Below are positions 35,006-45,429 of a stretch of DNA of 64,000 nt, one piece after another. A program made the position numbers and the translations under genes. Position 1 is the stretch's first letter. Every line of letters starts with the position of its first letter. Source of the DNA: Candidatus Aminicenantes bacterium (GTDB lineage Bacteria; Acidobacteriota; Aminicenantia; Aminicenantales; UBA4085); the NCBI GenBank assembly GCA_026393855.1, contig JAPKZJ010000011.1:5761-69760 (forward strand), in the 5' to 3' direction. Under the pieces are notes generated by a model, which had not been told where the DNA came from, ran no database searches, and worked only from the letters and a program-made list of their open reading frames with translations.

Positions 35006-35293
35006 TTGGCCGGGACGATCTCCGTCAAGTTCTACGGGCTCCTGCGCCGCCGCGTGAGGGCCGCCGCCGTGGAAATCGAAGGCGACGGCTTGCCGATTCT
35101 GGACCTGCTGCGCAGGGCGGAAGAAGCGGCCGGGGGGAGCTTCCTGGACGAGCTTCTGGACCGGGATGTTGGGCTGTTGACCGGGACCATCATCCTGGTC
35201 AACGGCGAGAACATCCGCCTCCGGGAAGGCTTGGAGACGAGAATCGGAGCCGGCGATCATATCGATCTTTTCTCGCCCGCCGGCGGAGGCTGA
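35006..35293 (+). CDS. MoaD/ThiS-like beta-grasp sulfur-carrier protein (C-terminal Gly-Gly)
   Basis: About 95 aa starting at TTG 35006, 1 nt after the aor stop (the ORF-track ATG 34964 lies inside aor). Ends ..HIDLFSPAGGG. Length and pattern are MoaD-like. Confidence 0.6.
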   Translation: MAGTISVKFYGLLRRRVRAAAVEIEGDGLPILDLLRRAEEAAGGSFLDELLDRDVGLLTGTIILVNGENIRLREGLETRIGAGDHIDLFSPAGGG

Positions 35294-35294
35294 T

Positions 35295-36634
<1,340 letters not shown>

Positions 36635-36638
<4 letters not shown>

Positions 36639-37372
36639 CGATGGGCACGAAATACAAGGGCATATTTTTCGACGCGGACGACACCCTCTTCGACTACCCG
36701 CGGGCCGAGCGGGCCGCCCTCAAGGCTTGCCTTCGCGAATTCCATATCCGCGTCGAGCTCGGCATTTTTCTCGAAGCCTACCGCCGCCACAACCTCGACG
36801 TCTGGCGGGCCTTCGAGCGCGGCGAGACTGATCAGGTTCGTCTGCGCGTCGAGCGCTTCCGCCGCGTGGCCGCGGAGCTCGACCTGGCGGATCTGCCCTT
36901 GGAGAGGATCAGCGTCTACTACCTGGAAGCCTTGTCCGGCCAGCCGCCCCTTTTCCCCGGGGCTTTGGCGACGGTGCGATCCTTAGCCCGCAGGTACCCC
37001 CTGGCCCTCATCACCAACGGCATCGCCTCGGTCCAGCGCCGGCGCTTCGCCGCCTCGCCCATCACCCGGTTTTTCAAGGCCGTGGTCATCTCCGAGGAAG
37101 TCGGGATCGCCAAGCCCGACCCGCGGATCTTCGCGCCCGCGCTCGAGACGACCGGCCTCGCCGCGGCCGACGTCCTCTTCGTCGGCGACAGCGTGACCTC
37201 GGACATGGCCGCCGCCCGCAACGCCGGCATGGATTTCTGCTGGCTCAATCCCGGCCGGATGCCCGTTCCGGACGGACATGCCCCAGCCTTCGTTATTGAG
37301 GCCATCCGGGAGCTTCCCGGCTGTCTTGCCCTTCCCTTAAGCCAACGACTCGGGCAAAAGGCGGCGGACTGA
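36635..37372 (+). CDS. yjjG: YjjG-like HAD-family pyrimidine 5'-nucleotidase
   Basis: ATGA overlap with the pdp stop. GIFFDADDTLFDY, ITNG, VISEEVGIAKPDPRIF, VGDS..SD and CWLNP are colinear with E. coli YjjG as recalled. Confidence 0.75.
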
Positions 37373-37429
37373 GAATCTCTCCGGCTGCCATACGTCCTTA
37401 ATAGTGATGAAGATCGATGGTGAAGGGAC

Positions 37430-37466
37430 TTGACAGATATGCATAATAAAGGCATATCTATGCATA
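37430..37466 (+). promoter_or_regulatory. vapBC promoter with paired palindromic operators (leaderless configuration)
   Basis: TTGACA (37430-37435), 18-nt spacer, ATATCT (37454-37459), then 6 nt and ATG 37466. Two copies of the perfect 8-bp palindrome TATGCATA lie at 37438-37445 and 37459-37466, 21 bp apart. Confidence 0.5.
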
Positions 37467-37660
37467 TGAGGACGACAATCAATATCGACGACACGATTCT
37501 TGCCAAGGCTTCGGAATTGACCGGCATTAAAGAGAAGACGGCCCTGGTCAGGACAGGCTTGGAATACCTTATCGCCCGGGAGAGCGCCAAAAGACTGGCC
37601 AGGCTCGGAGGGACGGCCAAGAACCTCGAGCCGATCCCCCGACGCAGAAGCAATTGGTGA
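37466..37660 (+). CDS. vapB: Type II antitoxin, VapB family
   Basis: MRTTINIDDTILAKASELTGIKEKTALVRTGLEYLI is a typical VapB start. The ORF-track start 37430 overlaps the -35. Confidence 0.75.
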   Translation: MRTTINIDDTILAKASELTGIKEKTALVRTGLEYLIARESAKRLARLGGTAKNLEPIPRRRSNW

Positions 37661-37663
37661 CCG

Positions 37664-38023
37664 ATGGTCCTTGTCGACACATCCGTCTGGGTCGATCATT
37701 TCCGCCTCGGGAATCAGCGGCTGGCCGCCCTCCTGGAAAACGGGGACGTCGTTTGTCATCCCTTCATCATCGGCGAGCTTGCCTGCGGGAACCTTCCCTC
37801 TCGTACGGATACGCTCGGCTGCCTGCTTGATTTGCCCCGGACAAGGACCGCCGGCCAGGACGAAGTCATGCGCTTGATCGAAGGCCGCCGGCTTATGGGC
37901 ATCGGCCTCGGTCTCATCGATGTCCATCTGCTGGCCGCCGCCCTTCTTGACGGCATCCCCGTTTGGACGCTGGACATCCCGCTTAAAAAGGCCGCCGCGA
38001 AGCTCGGCCTCGCCTTCCCCTGA
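37664..38023 (+). CDS. vapC: Type II toxin VapC (PIN domain ribonuclease)
   Basis: 119 aa. MVLVDTSVWVDHFR, ..HPFIIGELACG, ..GLIDVHLLAAA. Confidence 0.85.
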   Translation: MVLVDTSVWVDHFRLGNQRLAALLENGDVVCHPFIIGELACGNLPSRTDTLGCLLDLPRTRTAGQDEVMRLIEGRRLMGIGLGLIDVHLLAAALLDGIPVWTLDIPLKKAAAKLGLAFP

Positions 38024-38210
38024 CTATTCAAGGTCGATCTCTTGTCCGGCGGACCCGGCGGCCGCCGCCGCGCAGGACCTGACGGGCCTGACCGACTCGC
38101 GGATGGAGCGGTTGGTCAGGATCTACCGTGAGCTGCGGATCCGATGGCTGGGGAAATACACCGGCGACATCGTCTGAGACGGATTTTTCCGGGGGCCTGA
38201 ATCTGTTAGA

Positions 38211-39518
38211 ATGAAAAACGCCATGAAACTGAAAACAAGACTAGTGATCATGAATTTTCTGCAGTTCTTCATCTGGGGCACCTGGCTTCTGACGATCGGG
38301 GCCTATTGGTTCCAGACCAAGCACTGGTCCGGCACGGAGTTCGGCGCCATCTTCTCGACCATGGGCATCGCCTCGCTGTTCATGCCCGCGATCGCCGGCG
38401 TCATCGCCGACAAGTGGGTCCGGGCGGAAAAGCTCTATGGCGTCTTTCACCTCGTCGGCGCGGCCATCCTCTTCTGCGTGCCGCTGGTCGACAATCCGAC
38501 GACCCTCTTCTGGGTGATGCTGGCGAGCATGATCTTCTACATGCCCACCATCGCCCTGGCAATCACGGTCGCCTATTCCTCCATGAAGGCGGAGGGCCTG
38601 GACGTGATCAAGGCCTATCCGCCGATTCGAGTCTTCGGCACCATCGGATTCATCGTCGCCCTGTGGATCGTCAGCCTGGCGGGCTTGGAAAAATCTCCGG
38701 CCCAATTCTATGTGGCGTCGGCCGCGTCGTTGGCCCTGGGCGTGTATGCCTTCACCCTGCCGAAGTGCCACCCCCTGGGGAAAGGCGACCAACAGACCCT
38801 GGCTCAATCGCTGGGGCTGGATGCGTTTCGATTATTTAAAAACACCAAAATGGCGCTGTTCTTCCTCTTCTCCATGCTGCTGGGCGCGGCCCTGCAATTG
38901 ACCAACGCCTACGGCGACACCTTTTTGCACGACTTCGCCAAAATCGATCTGTTCAAGAATACGGTGGCCGTCAAGTTTCCGGCCATCATCATGTCGATCT
39001 CGCAGATCTCCGAGACTCTCTTCATTCTGGCCATCCCGTTCTTTCTCCGGAAGTTCGGGATCAAGAGAGTGATGCTGTTCAGCATGTTCGCCTGGGTCCT
39101 GCGATTCGGCCTGTTCGCCTACGGCGACCCGGCCCAGCGGCTCTGGATGATCATCTTGTCCTGCATCATCTACGGCATGGCCTTCGACTTTTTCAACATC
39201 ACGGGCTCGCTCTTCGTGGAGACGCAAAGCGCACCGAGGATCCGGGCCAGCGCCCAGGGTCTGTTCATGATGATGACGAACGGCCTGGGCGCTTTTTTAG
39301 GCGGCCGGATCAGCGGCATCGTCATAGACAAATATTTCAGGCTCAGCGGCGATCCGCTCGCGGTCCAGTTCAACTGGAAGGGGATCTGGATCACCTTCGC
39401 CCTGTACTCGCTGACCGTGGCGGTTCTGTTCGCCATCCTGTTCCGTCATCAACACGACGGCCGGCAGATGGGCAGCGCCAAGCCGTCGGAATCGTCCCTG
39501 AAGACGGAATCGGTCTGA
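38211..39518 (+). CDS. nupG: Nucleoside:H+ symporter (NupG/XapB MFS family)
   Basis: 435 aa. The N-terminus KLKTRLVIMNFLQFFIWGTWLLTIGAYW parallels E. coli NupG (LKLQLKILSFLQFCLWGSWLTTLGSYM, from memory). About 12 TM segments. Confidence 0.85.
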   Translation: MKNAMKLKTRLVIMNFLQFFIWGTWLLTIGAYWFQTKHWSGTEFGAIFSTMGIASLFMPAIAGVIADKWVRAEKLYGVFHLVGAAILFCVPLVDNPTTLFWVMLASMIFYMPTIALAITVAYSSMKAEGLDVIKAYPPIRVFGTIGFIVALWIVSLAGLEKSPAQFYVASAASLALGVYAFTLPKCHPLGKGDQQTLAQSLGLDAFRLFKNTKMALFFLFSMLLGAALQLTNAYGDTFLHDFAKIDLFKNTVAVKFPAIIMSISQISETLFILAIPFFLRKFGIKRVMLFSMFAWVLRFGLFAYGDPAQRLWMIILSCIIYGMAFDFFNITGSLFVETQSAPRIRASAQGLFMMMTNGLGAFLGGRISGIVIDKYFRLSGDPLAVQFNWKGIWITFALYSLTVAVLFAILFRHQHDGRQMGSAKPSESSLKTESV

Positions 39519-39584
39519 TCCCCGAGGGGGGAAATCCGGGGGCCCTTCCCCGACGACGGCATGGCCGTTGAGGGAACCGGGCGG

Positions 39585-40832
39585 TCAGCGCTTGCGGCCG
39601 GCTGCGGCGCGCGAGCGGGCCGCCCGCGCGAAGCGCTTTTCGATTTTCTCGTAATACTCGATGATCTGGTGCGTATATTCCCTTTTCTTGATGTAGGTCC
39701 CGGGGAAGAAGCTGCGCTTGAACCCGTAGATGATGAAGTTCTTGAGCTCGTGCGGGGTGATGCCGAAGGCCCGCACCGCCTTCTCGATTTCGTCGCTGAC
39801 CGTGGTCTGCGATACGGTCCGGTTGTCGGTGCAGAAGGTGGCCGACAGCTTGGCCTTGCGCATGAGCCGGAACGAGTGCTGGGCCAGGCTGCGGATGGCG
39901 GGGTTGGTCTGCAGGTTCGAGGTCAGGCAGACTTCGATGGTGATGCGCCGATCGGCGATGTACTCGACCAGATTGGCGACATAGGCCTTCTTGTCCTTGA
40001 TCTCGCGGCTCTTGATCATCCCGGCGTCGAACAGGTAGACGGCGTGGCCGAGGCGGTCGGCGTGCAGGTCGGTGATGGCCTGGAAGATGCTCTCCGGCCC
40101 GTAGGCCTCGCCGGCGTGCACCGTCTTCTTCAGGAAGTTCTTGTGGGCCAGGGCGTAGGCCTTGGCGTGGTCCTCGGCCGGGAAGCCGGCCTCGGCCCCG
40201 GCCAGATCGAAGCCGACGATGGGCAGCTTGAACTTGGTCTTGGCCTCCACTGCCGCCCGGACCAGCTCCTGCGAGGCCAGGGCGAACACGCTCTTGCGGT
40301 CGGAATGGGCGTGGACGTTGAGCAGGGTGTCGAAGTAGTGCGAGAATCCGTAGTCGAACATGCGCATGGCGCAGGCGATGATGCCGTACTCGAAGGGCGG
40401 CTCGGCGCCGCTCCTGACTTCGGCCCGGGCGTTGAACTCGTCCTTGGCCCGCAGCAGGCCCCGGTTGAGGGCGGCCATGGCCTCGATGCAGGTCATCTGG
40501 GGATTTTGGTGAAGCTGGGGCGCGAAGCGGACCTCGATGTAGCGGACCCCTTCGGCTTGGTTGTCCTGGGCCAGCTCGTAGCCCACCCGCTCCAGGGCCG
40601 GCCCCGTCTGCAGCACGGCCGTGGTATAGGCGAACCCCTCCAAATACTCGTTCAGGCTGGAGTATTTATTCTTGAAAACCAGACGGCGCAGGCCCCTCTC
40701 GTCATAGGCCGGGAGCTTGACGCCCTGCTCCCGGGCCAGCTCGATCAGGGTCGGAAGGCGGAGCGAGCCGTCCAGATGCAGATGGAGGTCGGTCTTGGGA
40801 ATGGCTTCGATGAAGGCGCGGCTGATGGTCAT
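39585..40832 (-). CDS. add: Adenosine deaminase (with about 40-aa basic C-terminal extension)
   Basis: 415 aa. IPKTDLHLHLDGSLR, HAGE and the SLNTDD-equivalent TFCTDNR. ATGA overlap with the upstream PRT gene. Confidence 0.85.
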   Translation of the reverse strand: MTISRAFIEAIPKTDLHLHLDGSLRLPTLIELAREQGVKLPAYDERGLRRLVFKNKYSSLNEYLEGFAYTTAVLQTGPALERVGYELAQDNQAEGVRYIEVRFAPQLHQNPQMTCIEAMAALNRGLLRAKDEFNARAEVRSGAEPPFEYGIIACAMRMFDYGFSHYFDTLLNVHAHSDRKSVFALASQELVRAAVEAKTKFKLPIVGFDLAGAEAGFPAEDHAKAYALAHKNFLKKTVHAGEAYGPESIFQAITDLHADRLGHAVYLFDAGMIKSREIKDKKAYVANLVEYIADRRITIEVCLTSNLQTNPAIRSLAQHSFRLMRKAKLSATFCTDNRTVSQTTVSDEIEKAVRAFGITPHELKNFIIYGFKRSFFPGTYIKKREYTHQIIEYYEKIEKRFARAARSRAAAGRKR

Positions 40833-41395
40833 TTGGTTCGGCGTTCCTGGATGACGCGGTTGATCTCGGGCTTGTGGCGGGCGATCTCTTCGGGGGTGAG
40901 GCCCGTCAATTCGTGGGGGAAGACGAGCCAGTTCTCGGTCGAATGGACGAAGTACTCGGGCGGCCGCCCGGTACGGTTGTTGCCGGGCTTGTAGAAGACC
41001 GTGGCCACCCGGATGTCGTGGGGCGTGTTGCGCCGCGATAGGCGGTTCAGGGAGTCGATGACGGCCTGAATGCTCAAGCCGGTGTCGTAGACGTCGTCCA
41101 CGATCAGCAAGCCGTGCGCGGCGTCGGCTTTTTCGACGATGTAGTTCAGGCCGTGAACCCGGATCGTCTTGCCCCGCTGCTCGATGCCCTCGTAAGAGGA
41201 GGTGCGGATGGCGATATGGTCGGTGGCTAGGCCGTAGTGCTCGAACAGCTCCTGCACGGCGATGCCCACCGGCGTTCCGCCCCGCCAGATGCCGACGATA
41301 AAGTCGGGCCGAAAGCCGCTGTCCAGGACTTTGAGGCCGAGCCGGAAGGAATCGTCCAGCAGGTCCTGGGCTTTGATGTACTGCTTTTCAGTCAT
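40829..41395 (-). CDS. Purine phosphoribosyltransferase (HGPRT/XGPRT-like)
   Basis: 188 aa from MTEKQYI (41395). PRPP motif LLIVDDVYDTGLS. The ORF track extends the frame to 42070 across udk. Confidence 0.7.
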   Translation of the reverse strand: MTEKQYIKAQDLLDDSFRLGLKVLDSGFRPDFIVGIWRGGTPVGIAVQELFEHYGLATDHIAIRTSSYEGIEQRGKTIRVHGLNYIVEKADAAHGLLIVDDVYDTGLSIQAVIDSLNRLSRRNTPHDIRVATVFYKPGNNRTGRPPEYFVHSTENWLVFPHELTGLTPEEIARHKPEINRVIQERRTK

Positions 41396-41415
41396 GGGGC
41401 TTCTCCGGTCGGGGC

Positions 41416-42054
41416 TTAGGGTTCTTCGCGGTTGCCTCCGCGCAGGCGCTGACGGATCATGGTCACCATCATGGCCGTGGAGACCGGGTTGTGGCCTTCG
41501 GGAATGATGATGTCCGCATACTTGCGGCTCGGTTCGACGAAGGCGATGTGCATGGGGCGGACCGTGCCCAGGTATTGGCCGATCACCGACTCCAGGCTGC
41601 GCTGGCGCTCCTGAAGGTCGCGCTTCAGCCGGCGGATGAAGCGCAGGTCGCTGTCCGTATCGACGAAAATCCGGACGTCCATCAGCTCGAGCAAAGCCTG
41701 CTCGCAGAAGATCAGGATGCCCTCGATGATGATGACCTTGGCCGGCTTCTTGACCAGGCCCTTGGCCAGGCGCGTGTGGGTGGAAAAATCGTAGACCGGC
41801 ATCTCGATGGCCCGGCCGGCGATGAGCTCCTGGATATGCCGGACCATCAGGTCGGTCTCCAAGGCGTCGGGGTGGTCGAAATTGATCTTGGCCCGCTCGG
41901 CCAGCGGCAGGTGGCTGACGTCGCGGTAGTAGGCGTCGTGCTGGATCATGACCATCTGGGGATGATTGATGGACTCCATGATGGCATTGGCGATGGTCGT
42001 CTTGCCCGAGGCCGTGCCGCCCGCCACCCCGATGATCAGCGGCTTGCGCTTCAT
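41416..42054 (-). CDS. udk: Uridine kinase
   Basis: 212 aa. P-loop IIGVAGGTASGKTT and the Udk pattern FDHPDA. Confidence 0.9.
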   Translation of the reverse strand: MKRKPLIIGVAGGTASGKTTIANAIMESINHPQMVMIQHDAYYRDVSHLPLAERAKINFDHPDALETDLMVRHIQELIAGRAIEMPVYDFSTHTRLAKGLVKKPAKVIIIEGILIFCEQALLELMDVRIFVDTDSDLRFIRRLKRDLQERQRSLESVIGQYLGTVRPMHIAFVEPSRKYADIIIPEGHNPVSTAMMVTMIRQRLRGGNREEP

Positions 42055-42060
42055 GCCGAC

Positions 42061-42089
42061 AGAATAGCATATGCGGAGCGGCGAGGCAA
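42061..42089 (-). promoter_or_regulatory. Candidate promoter of udk-PRT-add (leaderless configuration)
   Basis: On the minus strand: TTGCCT (42089-42084), 17-nt spacer, TATTCT (42066-42061), then 6 nt and ATG 42054. No SD. Confidence 0.4.
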
Positions 42090-42177
42090 AAAGCGAGAAT
42101 AAAAAAAAGTTATTAGGAATATATTATTATCCAGTAAATATATGGATATTTATGTGCCTGAAATTTTCGCTTCCGAG

Positions 42178-42206
42178 TTGATTTTCAGCCCTGCCTGTAA
42201 TATCAT
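42178..42206 (+). promoter_or_regulatory. Candidate promoter of the TonB-dependent receptor gene
   Basis: TTGATT (42178-42183), 17-nt spacer, TATCAT (42201-42206). It is preceded by an about 90-nt strongly AT-rich tract (42095-42170). Confidence 0.45.
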
Positions 42207-42242
42207 CCAGGCTACTCTATTGCCATGGGAGGACATTATTTA

Positions 42243-45200
42243 ATGAAAAAATTTCTTGTTGCGATCGTCCTTAGTTGTTTGCTTCTGCCCGGGCTGATCC
42301 TGGCCCAGGGCGTGACCAGCGCCGCTCTTACCGGCACGGTGCTGGACTCCGACGGCAAGCCCCTGCCGGGCGCGACCGTTAAGGCCGTCCACACTCCGTC
42401 CGGAACCCCCTTCGAAACGACCACCCGCCTCGACGGCCGGTTCGACATCCTCGGGGCCCGCGTCGGCGGCCCCTACACCGTCACCGCGACCATGCCGGGA
42501 TTCACGGCCCAGTCGCAGACGGACATCATCCTGAAGCTGAGCGAAAGCCGCAGCTTGAAGTTCACCCTGGCTCAGGAGAAGCTCAACGTCGACGTCTCGG
42601 TCACCGCCCCCAACCCGGTGATCAGCCAGTCGCGCACGGGCGCCGAGCAGAACATCAGCACGACCGTCATCGAGACCATGCCCTCGATCGGCCGCAGCTT
42701 CGACGACTTCGCCCGCATCTCCCCCCAGATCGACCCCCGCGGCAGCGGCGCCGTCTCGGCCGCCGGCCGCAGCAATAAGTACAACTCGATCCAGATCGAC
42801 GGCGCCGTCAACAACGACCTGTTCGGCCTGAGCAGCAGCGGCACGCCCGGCCTGTCCGCCCCGATCTCGCTCGACGCCGTGCAGGAGTTCGAGATCGTCC
42901 TGGCGCCCTATGACGTGCGCTACGGCGGGTTCACCGGAGCCGGCCTGAACGCCATCACCCGCTCCGGCACCAACAGGTTCAGCGGTTCGGCCTATTACTT
43001 CGGCCGCAACGAGAATTACGTCGGCAAAGGCCCGGACAACACCAAGTACGGCACCTTCTCCGAAAAGCAGTACGGCCTCCGCCTGGGCGGCCCGATCATC
43101 AAGGACAAGCTGTTCTTCTTCCTCAGCGCCGAGATGGGACGCCGCAACGTCCCTACGACCTACGTCATCGACGACAGCGGCACCTCCAACGACTTCGGCG
43201 GGGCCAACATCACCGTCGCCGACGCCCAGCGCTTCGTCGACATCCTGAAGAGCAAGTACGGCTACGATCCCGGCGGATTCGGGGCCGGCTACCGCAAGGT
43301 CAACAACGACAACGACAAGCTCTTCTTCCGCCTCGACTATAACATCAACAGCAAGAACCGGCTGACCCTGCGCCACAACTACATCAACGGCTTGCAGGTC
43401 TTCAACCCCTCCAAGGCCTCGAGCTCGGTTTTCCCCTTCGGCGACGACTACTACACCAGCCGAAGCAAGACCAACTCGACGGTTCTCCAGTTGCACAGCA
43501 CGCTCAGCCGCGACCTGTTCAACGAGCTGATCGTCAACTACACCACGATTCGCGACGCGCGTGAGATCGGCTCCGACCTCTTCCCCCAGGTCAACGTCCT
43601 GGTCAACGGCGGCTACCGCCTGACCGCCGGCTCCGAGCAGTACTCGGGCGCCAACGCTCTGAACCAGAACATCCTCGAGATCACCGACAACCTGACCTGG
43701 TCGCTGGGCAACCACATGTTGACCATCGGCACCCACAACGAGTTTTTCAAGTTCAGCAACCTCTATATCCGCAACCTTTACGGGTATTGGGAGTTCTCGA
43801 GCCTGAACAACTTCGAGAACGGGATCGCCTCGCGGTATTACCATGACTTCTACACCGCCAACCCCTCCGAGCAATGGGCGGCCGGGTTCAGCGTGGCCCA
43901 ACTCGGCGGCTACGTCGGCGACAAGTGGTCCATTCGGCCTAACCTGGCCCTGACCCTCGGCGTGCGCTTGGACGTGCCGATCATCAACAGCACGCCCGCC
44001 GCCAACCCGCTGGTCAACACCGTCTTCGGCATCCGGACGGACCAGGCGGCCACGGGCAACCTGATGTTCTCGCCCCGCCTCGGCTTCAACTGGGATATGT
44101 TCAACGACAAGTCCACCCAGGTTCGCGGCGGCGTCGGCATCTTCTCCGGCCGCACTCCCTATGTCTGGATCTCCAACCAGTTCGCCAACACCGGCATGGA
44201 GTTCACCCGCCTCGACATCAAGAACCCGGCCTTTGCCTTCGTAGCGGACCCCCTGAACCAGCCCGCCGCGGGCGTCGGGACGACCAGCGAGATCGACCTG
44301 ATCGATAAGGACTTCAAGTATCCCCAGGTCATGCGGGCCAACCTGGCCGTCGACCACGAACTGCCCTTCGGTATCATCGGGACCCTGGAGTTCGTCTACT
44401 CCCGCAACCTGAGTGAGATCCTCTACCAGAATCTCAACCTGCGCGCCACCGGGGAAACCGGAATGGGCGGCCGCACCATGTACAAACGCGACGTCTCGAC
44501 CAGCTTCACCGACGTCATTTACCTGACCAACAGCACTCAGGGCTACCAGTACAACGTCTCGCTGCAGCTCCAGAAGAACTTCAGCGACAAGTCCTGGTTG
44601 AGCGCCTATTACACCTACGGCCAGGCCAAGGACGTCAACTCCGGCACGTCCTCCCAGGCCGCGTCCAACTTCGTCTACAACCCGATCCGCTACAACGTCA
44701 ACCAGCCCGAGCTGACCTGGTCCAACTACGACGTGCGCCATCGCTTCGGCGCCGCCTTCTCCTGGCAGATCAAGCTCTTCGCCAAGGCCCCGACGAGCCT
44801 CAGCATGTTCTACGGCGCCCGCTCCGGCCGGCCGTACTCGACCACCTACAACTACTTTGACGCTAACGGCGACGGCGCCACGGGCAACGACCTGGTCTAT
44901 GTGCCTGCCAGCCTGTCCGAAGTCATCTTCACCAACAGCAGCGGCGTGGCCCTGGCCGATCAGGAAGGCAACTGGGCGACGTTCGACGCGTTCATCAAGG
45001 GCGACCCCGGCCTGAACGACTATCGCGGCAAGATCGTGCCGCGCAACTCGAGCCGCGAGCCTTGGCTCCACAGCCTGGACGCTCGCCTGTCCCAGGATCT
45101 CCCGATCCCCGCCCTCAAGGACAACCAGCTTCAGCTCACGGTCGACATCATCAACCTGATCAACCTGATCGACCGCAACAAGGGTTTGTACTACTACGTC

Positions 45201-45356
45201 AGCAGCCAGAACGACATCCCCTGGACGAGCTACGGCATCGACGCCGCCACCGGCAAGATGAAGATCGGCTGGACGAATCGCACCAGCCGCTACGCTCTGA
45301 GCCAGCTCGGATCCCGCTGGCAGGTCCAGTTGGGCATCCGCTACAAGTTCAACTGA
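42243..45356 (+). CDS. TonB-dependent outer-membrane receptor with N-terminal carboxypeptidase-regulatory-like domain
   Basis: Starts MKKFLVAIVLSC after GGGAGGA. Signal peptide. TGTVLDSDGKPLPGATVKA..TTTRLDGRFD (CarboxypepD_reg-like). Plug and a long beta-barrel rich in Y/N/G. C-terminal ..GIRYKFN. Confidence 0.85.
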   Translation: MKKFLVAIVLSCLLLPGLILAQGVTSAALTGTVLDSDGKPLPGATVKAVHTPSGTPFETTTRLDGRFDILGARVGGPYTVTATMPGFTAQSQTDIILKLSESRSLKFTLAQEKLNVDVSVTAPNPVISQSRTGAEQNISTTVIETMPSIGRSFDDFARISPQIDPRGSGAVSAAGRSNKYNSIQIDGAVNNDLFGLSSSGTPGLSAPISLDAVQEFEIVLAPYDVRYGGFTGAGLNAITRSGTNRFSGSAYYFGRNENYVGKGPDNTKYGTFSEKQYGLRLGGPIIKDKLFFFLSAEMGRRNVPTTYVIDDSGTSNDFGGANITVADAQRFVDILKSKYGYDPGGFGAGYRKVNNDNDKLFFRLDYNINSKNRLTLRHNYINGLQVFNPSKASSSVFPFGDDYYTSRSKTNSTVLQLHSTLSRDLFNELIVNYTTIRDAREIGSDLFPQVNVLVNGGYRLTAGSEQYSGANALNQNILEITDNLTWSLGNHMLTIGTHNEFFKFSNLYIRNLYGYWEFSSLNNFENGIASRYYHDFYTANPSEQWAAGFSVAQLGGYVGDKWSIRPNLALTLGVRLDVPIINSTPAANPLVNTVFGIRTDQAATGNLMFSPRLGFNWDMFNDKSTQVRGGVGIFSGRTPYVWISNQFANTGMEFTRLDIKNPAFAFVADPLNQPAAGVGTTSEIDLIDKDFKYPQVMRANLAVDHELPFGIIGTLEFVYSRNLSEILYQNLNLRATGETGMGGRTMYKRDVSTSFTDVIYLTNSTQGYQYNVSLQLQKNFSDKSWLSAYYTYGQAKDVNSGTSSQAASNFVYNPIRYNVNQPELTWSNYDVRHRFGAAFSWQIKLFAKAPTSLSMFYGARSGRPYSTTYNYFDANGDGATGNDLVYVPASLSEVIFTNSSGVALADQEGNWATFDAFIKGDPGLNDYRGKIVPRNSSREPWLHSLDARLSQDLPIPALKDNQLQLTVDIINLINLIDRNKGLYYYVSSQNDIPWTSYGIDAATGKMKIGWTNRTSRYALSQLGSRWQVQLGIRYKFN

Positions 45357-45398
45357 GGATGATCGAGCGTCCCCTGACGGGGACTTGAGACCAACAAT

Positions 45399-45429
45399 CC
45401 CCCGGCCCCGCGGCCGGGGGATTTTTTTT
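45399..45429 (+). terminator. Rho-independent terminator of the TonB-dependent receptor gene
   Basis: CCCCCGGCC (45399-45407), loop CCGC, GGCCGGGGG (45412-45420), then A plus a T8 run (45421-45429). Confidence 0.85.

Noticed and set aside
38027-38177. Tail of ORF 37920..38177 (..LTDSRMERLVRIYRELRIRWLGKYTGDIV) as a small gene
   Set aside because: The upstream part of the ORF is an off-frame read of vapC. The only internal ATG leaves 24 codons and there is no RBS. I kept it only as a possible gene remnant, mentioned under the vapBC finding.
42055-42242. AT-rich intergenic region as a purine/2'-dG riboswitch upstream of the TonB receptor
   Set aside because: I could not fit the conserved purine-riboswitch junction/loop sequences or a three-way junction. 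The region is better explained as divergent promoters with an UP-like AT tract. An Rfam scan would settle this.
42240-45071. 943-aa ORF antisense to the TonB-dependent receptor
   Set aside because: Same artefact: a repetitive V/G/D/A/E-rich sequence without any domain signature. The sense strand encodes a canonical receptor with signal peptide, RBS and terminator.
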